Made by a program: the position numbers and the translations under genes. Below, one piece after another: positions 49,101-61,100 of a stretch of DNA of 64,000 bases. Each line of letters opens with the position of its first letter. The stretch's first letter is position 1. Below the pieces are notes generated by a model. The model made no database searches and was not told where the DNA came from. It worked only from the letters and a program-made list of their open reading frames with translations. The DNA comes from Octopus bimaculoides (lineage: Eukaryota), in NCBI RefSeq assembly GCF_001194135.2, contig NC_068993.1:10340665-10404664 (forward strand), given 5' to 3'.

Positions 49101-52100
49101 ATGATGAGGTGATAAGAAGCATGAAGGTGCGCACAAAATGATGGCAACTAATGTAAGAGTACGTTTGTTCTTAAAACCAATGAATGAACTGCTAAATTTT
49201 AAGAAGATCACATTTGGGTGGGAGGGATGCTTGTTTGTCTTGTGTTATCTTGCTGTAAATGTCTTATTTTCAAACTATGTAGTTTAGAAAGTTTGGATGA
49301 GATGAATGATAAATTTCGTCTTAGGTTTGATGTTTGTCCAAAGAAATGTGAAAAAAAAATTTTTTTCTTTCTTTTATTCCAGCAGATGATTTGCATCAAG
49401 TGTGAACTATGCAATATGAAAAAAATTTGAATAGAAATAGTCTGAAAAATTAACAAAGCTATCCTTACTTCTATATATTTGTTTGCATCTATGTACATCG
49501 ACACGTCTTTGTATATAAGTATATGCGTGTATGTATGCATTATGTATGTGTACATGCATATTAGCATTATGAGTAAGTGTACATGTATATTTGTTAATAT
49601 ATCTATTGTATATGTGTGTGTGTATTTGTAAATATAGCAGATTAATTAATTTTTAAAACAAAATTATACAAAATACAAGATTAAATACACAAAGAAAAAA
49701 TATAACCATAAACAAATAAAATTTTAAAAACAAACAAAACATAAAATAAACATTAATAATAAAAAAAAAACAACAAAATTTTTCAAAATAAATACAACAA
49801 AATACAAACTGATAAACAAAAATGTCTGATATATAACATGTTTTCTTTCATGAGCATGCATATATAGCAGCGAGAAGTAGAAGTGACAGCATGAAAATGT
49901 TCAAGATGAAGTTAATGGTTAAGCCTTAATGGTAAAACCCACTTCAGGTGTATTCAATGTGGGGTGGTTGATTGGTTGCAATAACTGAAATACTAACAAA
50001 AACGACTCCAGTTCAAATCCCTGCAAAGTCCAGTGTGATACTTTTTAACTGTCTTACTTCACAAACAATATATCCAGATTAAGACATAAATCGTAGTCAC
50101 TAAACTATTTAACTAAATAATAGATTTGGCTACAATAAATAATTGAATGTATTTAATATTAATAACAATTATAATAATTCTTTCTAATTTTGGCACAAAG
50201 TCAGCAATTTTAGGGAAAGGACACTAGCCCTGATTACATTAACCCCAGTATTTAACTGGTACTTATTTTACTGAGGATGAAAAGCAAAGTTGACCTTGGT
50301 GGAATTCAAAATCAAAACCAAGAACCAGCTTGTTGCCTTAATAATAACAATAATCCTTTCTACTATAAGCACAAGGCCTGAAATTTTGGGGGAGGGGGCT
50401 AGTCAATTATATCAACCCCAGTACGTAACTGGTACTTTTTGCCCAGCGTGCATATAATTCTGCCAGCTCACCACTGTAGTAGTAGTAGTAATAGCAGCAG
50501 CAGCAGTTCTTTCTACTATAGGCACAAGGCCTGAAATTTCTGGGGACGGGACCAGTTGATTACATTGACCTCAGTGCCCAACTGGTATTTAATTTTATCG
50601 ACCCCCACCAAAAGGATGAAGAGCAAAGTTAACCTCAGTGGCATTTGAATGTAAAGAGCTGGCAGAAGTGCTAGTAGGCATTTTGTCTGGAATGCTAATG
50701 CATTGCTGTTCTCTTACAATGTGCCAAAAAAAGAAAAAAAAAACCTCTCCTGATTTCCAGGAAGGAGAAATACAAAAGTTGTGACATTCATGCCTTGGCC
50801 AAGTACATTTATTATCAAAGTGAAGTGATTCCAAACGAAAACTAAAAGTTGGGATGCTTGAATTCCAATATTTTAAATCCAGGTTTGTCCCCGTTAAAAG
50901 GGGTGGCTGGATCTACCTCACTCTTACAGCAACCACTCACATCATCTTGACCGGTTTTGGGCGCCCTCCTTCTTCAAGTCAACCCTCCCAATTTCCTCCT
51001 CCACGTTTTCTTTGGTCGACTTCACCTTCGTGGTTCATTCACTTTAAACTTTAGCACTTTCCTCAGAACATGCTCCTCCTCCTTCCTCAACACATGTCCA
51101 TACCACCATGCTCCATTCATCCTTGCCAGCCGTTCCACTGATTCCTCCAACCCCAGTATCTCCAAGTCTTTAGCCTTCCTTTTAGCCAATAGTTTCACAC
51201 CACACATTGCTCTCACCTGATAGTTCAAATTGAAACTGGTATTTAGCTTTTGTTTAGTGACAAAGTTCTTATCGTCATCACTGACATCTATTTTTTCCTC
51301 AAAAGCATTAAGCCAGAAGAATAACAGCTACATTTTCCCAGTTTGAAAACATGTACAAACACAATTAAGATGAAATAAACATACTTGCTGCAATGCAAAA
51401 GTTACGTGAAACACAAAACAAACCAAAGGCAATCATAAAAAAAAAGGCAGAACGCAATAATTCAGTTGAACACGGAAGAATAGTTAGTTGATGATGAATG
51501 ATAATGATGTAAACACATTCCAAATGCCATTGTCTTCCCACAGCCATAATGACCATTATTATATATGGCAACCATTCCCAGCCTCTCCCTTATATCCCTA
51601 ATGATGAGAGGGATTCAACCTGAAAGAGTCATTGAAAGGAACTCTGCAACAAGTACCATACATTAGCTTATAAACGCACACACACATTCACAAAGATTGT
51701 CTGACACTGCATCAATAGACCCTCTCATCAGGTGAGAACAGGAGATGGATGGAAGCAAGGAAGGACTGGCTGTGGGAATTGTAGTGGGTGATAAAGAACG
51801 GCGATAAGTGCTAAGAAAATCTGAAACCATCAAAATATACAAAGCAAAATGCAACTGGTTTTGTTACAGGTGATGCAGGTAGGTGGGATCTGCAGATTTT
51901 ACACAGTATGCGTGATTTAATTTATAAGGGATTACTTTGAAGGGGAAAAAAAAATATTTCTAGCTGGGGTCATGATAGTAAGAAATAAAAAAAAAAAGAA
52001 GTAGCTAGCTGGACAGTTGAATATAATTACCAGTTTACAATATATGCATATACACACACACATTTAAGACTATGTCTGTACAACCCCTGATGGCACTGAT

Positions 52101-55100
52101 TACACACAAAGACAGGTGTAGAGACATCTACTTTCACTGCCTAAAGATATATGCTCAGAAGCCAACATGAATTTAACAGACTATAATATTTACAACTAAC
52201 AGGGGAGCATCTAAGAGATTGGCTTGCTTGAGAATGTAGCAGCCAAAGTCCTCTCAAACCACATCCTATTATCTTAAAAGGTTAATTTGGATAATAGGTC
52301 CAGATGCATTGTCTAGAGAATAGAACAAGATGGCCATAGGGTTGACTAAGGCCTGAACAACAAGCACAAGTGTTGGTTCACTTCATAATTCTTCTCTGAT
52401 TTCTTCAAAACTCAGTATGGATGAAGTATCATGATGTAACTGGTAAATCCATTTAGAAAAAACAATAAAACTCAATCAACCCCCAACATTAAAAAATTGT
52501 TGATTAAGTTTTACACAACAACAATTAAAAGGATATATACAAGAGTTAAATTATGATGTGGTGCAACTGGATCTTCTTGAAAGTCTAAAATGATTTTATG
52601 TACTTTTTTTGTTTTCTTTATCACATTCTTTTGATTAGACATGAGCAATTACACAGTAATGATGATGATCATCATCGTTTAACGTCCGCTTTCCATGCTA
52701 GCATGGGATGGACGATTTGACTGAGGACTGGTGAAACCAGATGGCTACACCAGGCTCCAATCTGATATTTATGATATTTATATTTAAACAGATAGAAGAG
52801 AGGCAGTGGAAATGAAGGCATTAGCATTATATGGTTCACCTGTCCGCTTTTGTTTTCCTTTCTAACACTGATTTCCTTGTGCTTAGTACAAAGCCATAAT
52901 TTGTAGAGCAGAGGGGTGTAATAAAATGTGGTGTATTAAATGGTACTTATTTTAACAATCCTGAAGAACGAAAGCTAAAAATCAACTGGTGAGATTTGAA
53001 CTTCGAAGGTACAACATTGAAAGTGAATACCTTAAAACATTTAGTCAGGATTTTTTTACAGTTTTTGCCAACTTGATCGCCCTACTTCAGTAATCAACAT
53101 TAAAGCAATAGAGAAGTAGCAGAGGGATGTGTGAAAATGAGTACAAGGGAGGTACATTTTACTTTCAGGTTATTATAAGTGACCACTAATCACTTAAAAA
53201 TTTATTAAAATAGAAGCCTTCTTTATAAAGGTATAGATATAAGCGTTTAAGCTTGTATATTCAGAGCATAAATCTTTCAAGTTACAACTTCTTTAAATAA
53301 AGATTTTCCAGATTGCAGTATCAAAAAAGAAATAGAGATCTACAATTTCCAATCCATTTTATAAGCATTTTGATAATAATAATGAAAAAAAAACTTTGCA
53401 CATAGAAGCTAATGAAGTCAGACTGGACATAAGTCTTGCTAAAATATATATTGGTATAATAATAACATGACTATTGCAACGTTTTATTTTCATATTTGAA
53501 TCTTCAGAATAAAACACTGCCCTAAGCCAGCCCATCCCTCCATTATTCCGATAATAAAAATACAAATGGTTGTATCATTTATTATCACAGGGTTAGCACA
53601 TCCCTGGTCCTCTTCTAGAGATGAATCTACAAATGGACTGGTAGAAATCCAGCGATCATCCATGAAGAGGTTGCTATGAAGCAGCTAAACTATAACAGAG
53701 AAGGGTTGAGTGCCTTCATTACTCAACTCCCTGGAATATAAAAGACACACAGTATCAACTGTAGTATCTTTAAAAAAAAAAGAGATAAGTTTGGATTCAA
53801 GGCACCTCAGTTGTTTTTGTTCAATTTTCTCAAAAGCCTCTGTTCTATGTGGAATAACTGGCAATGCATTTCATGAAATATTCAAACAGTCATCTGTGGA
53901 AAATCCCAGATAACAAGATACCAGGACACACAAATGGGGCTGCAATATCAAACTACATCTTCATCAAAAATGATGACTGCAAGCAACAGTAATGGCAGTG
54001 ACTCAGTACAGATATAGTAAAGAAAACTACTATTGGAATATATCTTAAAAATACATGCCTCTGTCAGAGCCGGGATGGGTATGTTGAAAATCTGAACTAC
54101 ATATATATATATATGTAAAATCTTCAATAAATTGCAAGCCAGTTTTGAGTTGGATATGCAGTTACAAGTATAACTGGATATTACTGAATCACTAACTGAT
54201 ATTTGTAGAAAGGAATGTATGAAAGCTTGTTAGGAAACGTAACTTGACAGTGACAATGAAATATGAAATGGAAACAGACAGCAAAAACTAGCAGGAAGGA
54301 ATATGAAAGCAACAGCAGCCTCTTTCTTTTTCTTCTTTTCTTTCTGAAGCTGTATACAAGCAGAAATAACAACAGCAATAACTCGAACAAGAAAACATGA
54401 AAAAGCAAGAATTTGAACAGTTCTTATAATGGTGATAACTCTATCAAGTAGCAGCAGCATGATAGTAACAGTGGACAAACTGAATGTCATAGCAGTGCAC
54501 TTCAGATTGGACTAATCTAAACAGCCCCACCACTTTTCTTCAGATAGATTACTAACACACATGACCATCACACTCACACACAACAATTTTTAAGTAAAAG
54601 CAAAAATAGGGAATAAAAAGATTTATCAAAATTCAAAGAAAGATATTCTTTCTTTTTAGCCTACAATCAGGTTGTAAAATCATAGGAATGTTATAAAAAC
54701 TGAAATAAAATCTCAAAAAAGTTAGCTCAACCGAAAGTACTGATCTAGTTTTATAATATTAATAGTGATTTCTTATTGAGGAATGAAATAAGTTTGGCTG
54801 GGATTCAATCAAAATAACCATGACTGTGTATTACTGCCATTTATTTTATTGAATGGGGAGTGGAGTGGACTGAAAAAAAAAAAAATGAAGTTTGAGATTT
54901 GAAATCAAAGTTAAGACAAGGCAGTGCACTATTCCTATCAACTCACTAAACCTCCCATTTTATTCTTTGACATTATTACTAAGACTAACAATTTTCCTGC
55001 ATCAGATGCAGTTTAAGACATTTTAGTGATTCATCAGGCAGTCTTTACAAAAATCCGAAAGTGGTGCACTACCATGGTTTAGTTATGATGGTTTAGTTAT

Positions 55101-58100
55101 GATGGTTTAGTTATGATGGTTTAGTTATGATGGTTAAAATAAAACCTTCCATGCTGGCATGGTTTGCCAGGAGTTGACCAGGCAGAAGACTGCACCAGAC
55201 TTCTGTGTCTGTTTTGGCAAGGTTTTTATGGCTGGATGCCCTTCCTAACACAAAAAAGTGTTATTTTTTATGCAGGCCTCTAAAATGTATCAGCTATTGT
55301 TGATAATTTTTGAATAACTTTTTTTTAGAGCTATGAAATATATTTATTTTCAAATTTTCTATAGGATTTTGTTTTTATATTCTCTTTCTATTAAAAAAAG
55401 TCAAATTAAATTATTTTTAAAACCATAATTTTATCTCAAGAATAACATTAACTGGTTTAAAAGAGAAAAATAAAACTGCTTTTTATGAACAAAATTAAAA
55501 CTGTTACCTATCTTGAATATTATACAAAATACTGTAAATATGGAACAGCACTTAATATATTAATATATATTTGAACTGCTTTTAATCTCGTTCATAAAAT
55601 TGCCTAAGAAGTGCTTGGAATAATAATAATAATAATAATAATAATGATGATGATCCTTTCTACTAAAGGCACAAGGCCTGAAATTTGGCGGTGGGTGGAG
55701 GGAACTGGTTGATTACATCCACCCCAGTGTTTCACTGGTACTTAATTTATTGACCTCGAAAGGATGAAAGGCAAAGTCAACCTTGGTGGAATTTGAACTC
55801 ACAACATAGCAACAGGCGAAATAACACCAAGCATTTTATCCGGCACGCTAACGATTCTGCTAGTTTGCCACCTTATTAATCATAATAATAATAAAAAATT
55901 TTAAACTGACCGTGCAGGCAATCATTTAAAACCTTAAAACCTCAGAATGCACTTGTTAGACAACAAAGTGATAATTGCGAACCTGGAAGGGCAAAGATGC
56001 CTTGAAATATACCATGATGAGGTGAAGAAAATATTAGCCAAAAAAGCATCATTCAAAGAACAGAACAAATCAGAAGATTGCAGTTTGAAAGATAAACATG
56101 ATAAATGGATTAAAGCAAAAACAGTGATTAGATTTCTGCATCATCTACAACTGCTGAAAATGCAGCAGGGCATGCTGAACAAACAGAAATGTCTGTTGTC
56201 ACCTTTTCGGATCTCTTTTTAAAAGGATTTCGCATAGGACACAGAAGTCCAGACGATGACCTATGGACGCTCTTCTGTAAGACCATGGAGATATTATATA
56301 TACACAGATATATATATATGTAAATGTTTTATATATATATATATATACACAAATACACGCCTTATAAAAATAGTCTAAGGATGTAATAATTAATAAATGG
56401 AATACCTAATTTGAAACATAAGTTCCATTAAAAATCTGAATAAAAATTGATGGAGACAGCTTGACAAATAATTACTGATGCGTAGTTTACAAGTTAAAAG
56501 TTGTAAAGAATTCATTCAAAAATGGATTTTATGAATCTTAAAATATAATTGAAAGATATGTATGTAAATTTTACAGTTAAATACCACACTTAATTTTTGA
56601 AACTTATGACTATATTAAAAATGAAGTTACAAAGAAAAATCGATAGTAAAAAAAAACAAAAAAAACAAAACAAAGATATTTGGTATATTTTGTAAAAACG
56701 AAATTGTAGTTAAAATATAGATGGAAGAGTAAGTAGTAAACACACAAGCTTGGAAGTTAGCAAAAACTATCTAAAAGAAACTTTTCAAGTCATATTCTTA
56801 TTAACAGTTCCTAGACGAACTTCAAAAGCAAAAATATTACAATTATAAAGTCACACTAGCAAAGTTAATTACGAGTTTTGGAAACAAATTTTCTGTTGCT
56901 TGATCAATTCTTAAACCATAATCAGAACACAAATTACATTAACTCAATTCGTAACAACAAAATCTATCCATCAATTATTTTCGAACCAATTTTATTCTAG
57001 CTGTAACTTAACCCTTTACTATGTAAGCCAATCATATCTTGCCCAAATATTCAACTGGTTTTACACTCAAACTAACCAGATCTGGCCTCTCCACCTACAT
57101 ATAACTAAAACAATTGCAGCGTGGAAGCCGTTTAAAAACACACAAAAAAGATTCACTTCAACATTTAAATTTAATTTATCAAAATATTTTTGTCGCTCTG
57201 AAACTGCAACCTGATCACTGACAAAATTCCGTGCTCTAATTTTGGCCAGTAGGGGCAGTTGGTACCAGCAACTTCAGGTTGATGAAATAAAATACTTTGC
57301 TTGTACTTATTTTATTGAACCCAAAAAGATGAAAAGAAAACTGATCTTGATGGGATTTGAACTCACAATGTAAAGGGCTGGAACAAATACTGCAAAATAT
57401 TTTCCTGATATTTTCACAATTCTGCCAATCTACTGCTTTTAGCTGAATTATAAAATTCATAGTAATAAAAGGAAACTACATTTTCTTCTGAATGAAGTGC
57501 TTCCATTTCTTTTTCGAGATACTTAAAGAAAAGAATTGTGTTAATAGCTTCCAAATTGAACTTAGGGCTTCAGCTAATAACCAACTTTCTAAATCAGTAT
57601 TTAACATGTGATCTAAACTGATATTTCTGTTGCATAAGAAGTTATTCAGGTCTTTCTTAGCCTAAAGATTTAAGAGTTAAAAAAAAAATCAATGCAAAAA
57701 ATATACTACAATAATGATTCTTATCTCAAAGACATTAGTGATCACTTGGTTAGGTGAAATATTTATAATGAAGAATTGGAATCAGATATCAGATTAAACC
57801 GAAGATCTTGGTGCCACTACAATTGCCTATGATGTGAAATGTTAATGCAAGCTCAAGTGACATTCAGTAAAATCAGTTGCAATAAATTCCAGCATTTATT
57901 ATGGATATATTATTGATAATAGATAAACAGCTAAATTAATCCCTAAAGATTTTTTTTTTAATGCAGAACCATGAGTCAGCAAAGTTAAACATAAACTATT
58001 GAGGATCAGCTTTCTAACTTTGAATCAACAAGACTACATAATCATTATCCCAACGTATGTCTTCCTTCCCATCTTGAAACTTCTCTAAATGAAAACGATC

Positions 58101-61100
58101 AAGTATTAAAAAGCCAAAAAGATTAACTAAAACAGACAGATTAATAACAGAGACACACAGAAAAATAAATCTACAGCATACTGAATAATTCAATTCTGCC
58201 AATCTACTGCCTTTAGCTGAATTATAACCCTAACCCTAACCCTTTTAAAACTAAAGTACAAAATCAACTTTGCTGGAATTCTCTTTTGCCCAGTTTTCTA
58301 GTTTAATTTAACTTTCTACTTTCATTGTAGAGTTGTTACAATGAAGTTGTTGATTAAAGGTTAAATCAATCTGAAGACCAAACTCTCGGTGCAACATGGT
58401 CACTAAAAGATTTTCTTTTTTCCTCCATGGACGGTGAAATACAATTTAGATTGCAATGTTTAACTACTTAGACTATGGAAATATCTACAAAACATTCCAC
58501 TAACACAAGAAATTACTGGTACGTATTTCAGTATTAAACTATTTAACATATTAATGAACACATTTAAATGATGTAGAATCATCTTTAGCAACTTATAATC
58601 ACGTGCAATAATATCATCCAAAATGTAAGACCAACACCAATGAATTATGACTACTGGGGACTATCATCAATTTAAGAAACACAACAGGGCACCAGGGTTT
58701 TTTTCTAATGTCTACTCTACAAAAAATAATTACAAGCTGAGTTTTAATATCAATGTATTCTTAAATAACAAAGTTGAAGTCTTACTTTTGCAATCATTAA
58801 ACTAAAAGATATACACTAAAACTATTCAAACACCATGCATATCATCATCAACATCCTAATCATTATAATAATAACTATGGTTAGTAATAATGAGAAAAAG
58901 AAATAAAGTACTGAAACAAATGTACAAAAATTTATAAGTGTTAGAGACAGTATACTCTAAACAGAATCAGAGTCAGAAACAAAACTAATTATTTAAGAGT
59001 TAATATCAACTAAAACCACATCTGTTGACACTTCCTAAAACGAACTACAAACACAGAATAGTTTCCTTCTAGAATAATGCTTTAAAAATTACTCAACTCG
59101 AGTAGCTATGCACTGTTGAACAGCAGTAGAGATAAATTTCGGTTGTGGTTATGACAACAGAGTTCTTTTCAATAGCCATAAGAATGAGTTATAAACCATC
59201 GATAGAGAAATTTCTTAAATGAACACAAACTGCTAAGTTAAACAGAAGACAATAACTCAAGCCATGAAGCGGCCTCAAAACAAGAGCAGTTAACAGAGAG
59301 AGACTGAAGGTTAAAGTGTTTTAATTTAGAAAATCTCTTCGACAGAACAGAATTAACTGGCACAAGCGTTGAAGAGTAATTAATTGTTCTCAGCTGAGAA
59401 TCAAAGAGTCCAGCCATTAATCTGAAGAAATTTCTTTTTAAGAGAAAATATTTTGCCAAGAAATACATATTAGTTAAGTCAGCCTAAGAAACATATCCAA
59501 TAATAATTTTCTCTATTTTTGTAATTTTAATTAATGTACTAAAATAAGGATGAGCATGCTGTAGAGCTAATTGAATAAAATCACCCCAAATCAAAAAAAA
59601 AAAACAAAAAAGACCTTTTTGGACTCTTTCGTGTCTGAGACATCTACCTCCACAGATTCCACTTCCTGTTGTAATTATACAGGGGAGTTAGAAAATTTTG
59701 TATTAAAAAATTAACATAAAAAAACCCCCAACTGTTTATGTCAATTTATCAGGTTTTAAATGAAAAATGAAAACCCTCAGTCTGTTTAGTCCATATTCGT
59801 CATCATTTTCGTCTTTTAATAAAAATTTATTTTCAAAATTACCAAAGTTTTCTTTTTCTCCGGTTTCATTTAATATCTTATCAAAAGTTAAGATGATGGG
59901 AGTTGTTTGAGAATTACAGGTATGAATTCTGTCATTTGTTTAGAAATTACGTAAAATTATATGAGAATGACTTGTATTGGAAGATTTACTTGCTGTATTG
60001 CTAGTGAGTATTTCATTGATCTTTTACTAAGAGTAATAAGAAAATTGACTTCGTTAGATTTGCTGTTTATCACTCTGGAAACTTGAGCAGAAACCCAATG
60101 ATAGAGAAATGATTAAAATGAGCACTGAAGAAGACAACTTGTGCCATGAATCTGCCTGAAAACAAAGGCAGATAACTGAGAAAGACTGAAGGTTAAAACT
60201 TTCCAGATTAGAAAATCTCTCCAACAGAACAGAATTTAACTGATACAGGCCTTGATAAGTAATTAATTTATCAATGGTTATCAGTTCAGAATTAAAACAG
60301 GTGTCAATTTAAAGGAGTTTTGAGTTTTTTTTCTTAAAGTGAATATCTTTTGCCAACAAAAAATGCTTTAGATATAGTTAAGTCAGCCTAAGAAACATAG
60401 CCAATAATTCATCTACTACAGTAAAGATCAGCATGCCAGAGAACAAATCGAATAAAAATCACTCAACAACAAAATCAGAAAAAAACCTTTTTGGATTCTT
60501 TCTTCTCAGTTTCTGTAACTTCTACCTCCACTTTTTTCACTTCAACTTCCTGTCACAATTATACAGGGGAGTTAGAAAACTTTGTTAAATAACAACTAGA
60601 AAATTTTAAAATAATATCATCACAAAACTCCAGCTGTTTATGTCAATTTATCTCGTTTTAAGTGAAAAATAAAAAGCCTCAAATCTTTTTAATCCATTCC
60701 CTTTGTAGTTTTTTACATTTTAATGAAACTTCATTAAAATAAATAAATTAAAAAATAAGCTTTTTTTTTTTGTTTTTGTTTCATTTAATGTCTCATTAAA
60801 ATTCAGATTATGGCAGTTGTCTGCAAACTATATAAGTATAGGCTTTGTCAGTTGCTTACTATATTACTAGCAGACATTCGATTGACTTTTAACTAAAAGA
60901 GTGAAAAGAAAATCGACTCTTTTTATCACTCTGGAAACTTGAGCGGAAACTCAATGATAGGGAAATGATTAAAATGAGCATTGAAGACGACAAGTTGTGC
61001 CATGAATCTGCCTGAAAACAAAGGCAGATAACTGAGAAAGACTGAAAGTTAAAACTTCCCAGATTAGAAAATCTCTCCAACAGAACAGAATTCAACTGAT

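Noticed and set aside
54181-54490. Two hydrophobic ORFs suggesting a transmembrane protein
   Set aside because: T-rich antisense composition, no credible start or donor; only the K-rich stretch is kept as a speculative note.
55947-56222. 91-aa + strand ORF (MHLLDNKVII...)
   Set aside because: No recognisable domain; it overlaps the pyrimidine-rich intron and a candidate exon of the - strand gene.
58038-58084. Exon-like EKFQDGKEDIRWDNDY on the - strand
   Set aside because: Weak donor (gtagtc) and phase 1 to 0 with no clear partner exon.
58995-59034. Possible fifth array exon (EVSTDVVLVDINS*)
   Set aside because: Shares only the GAAGTG start; it lacks the unit flanks, has a weak donor and hits a stop.
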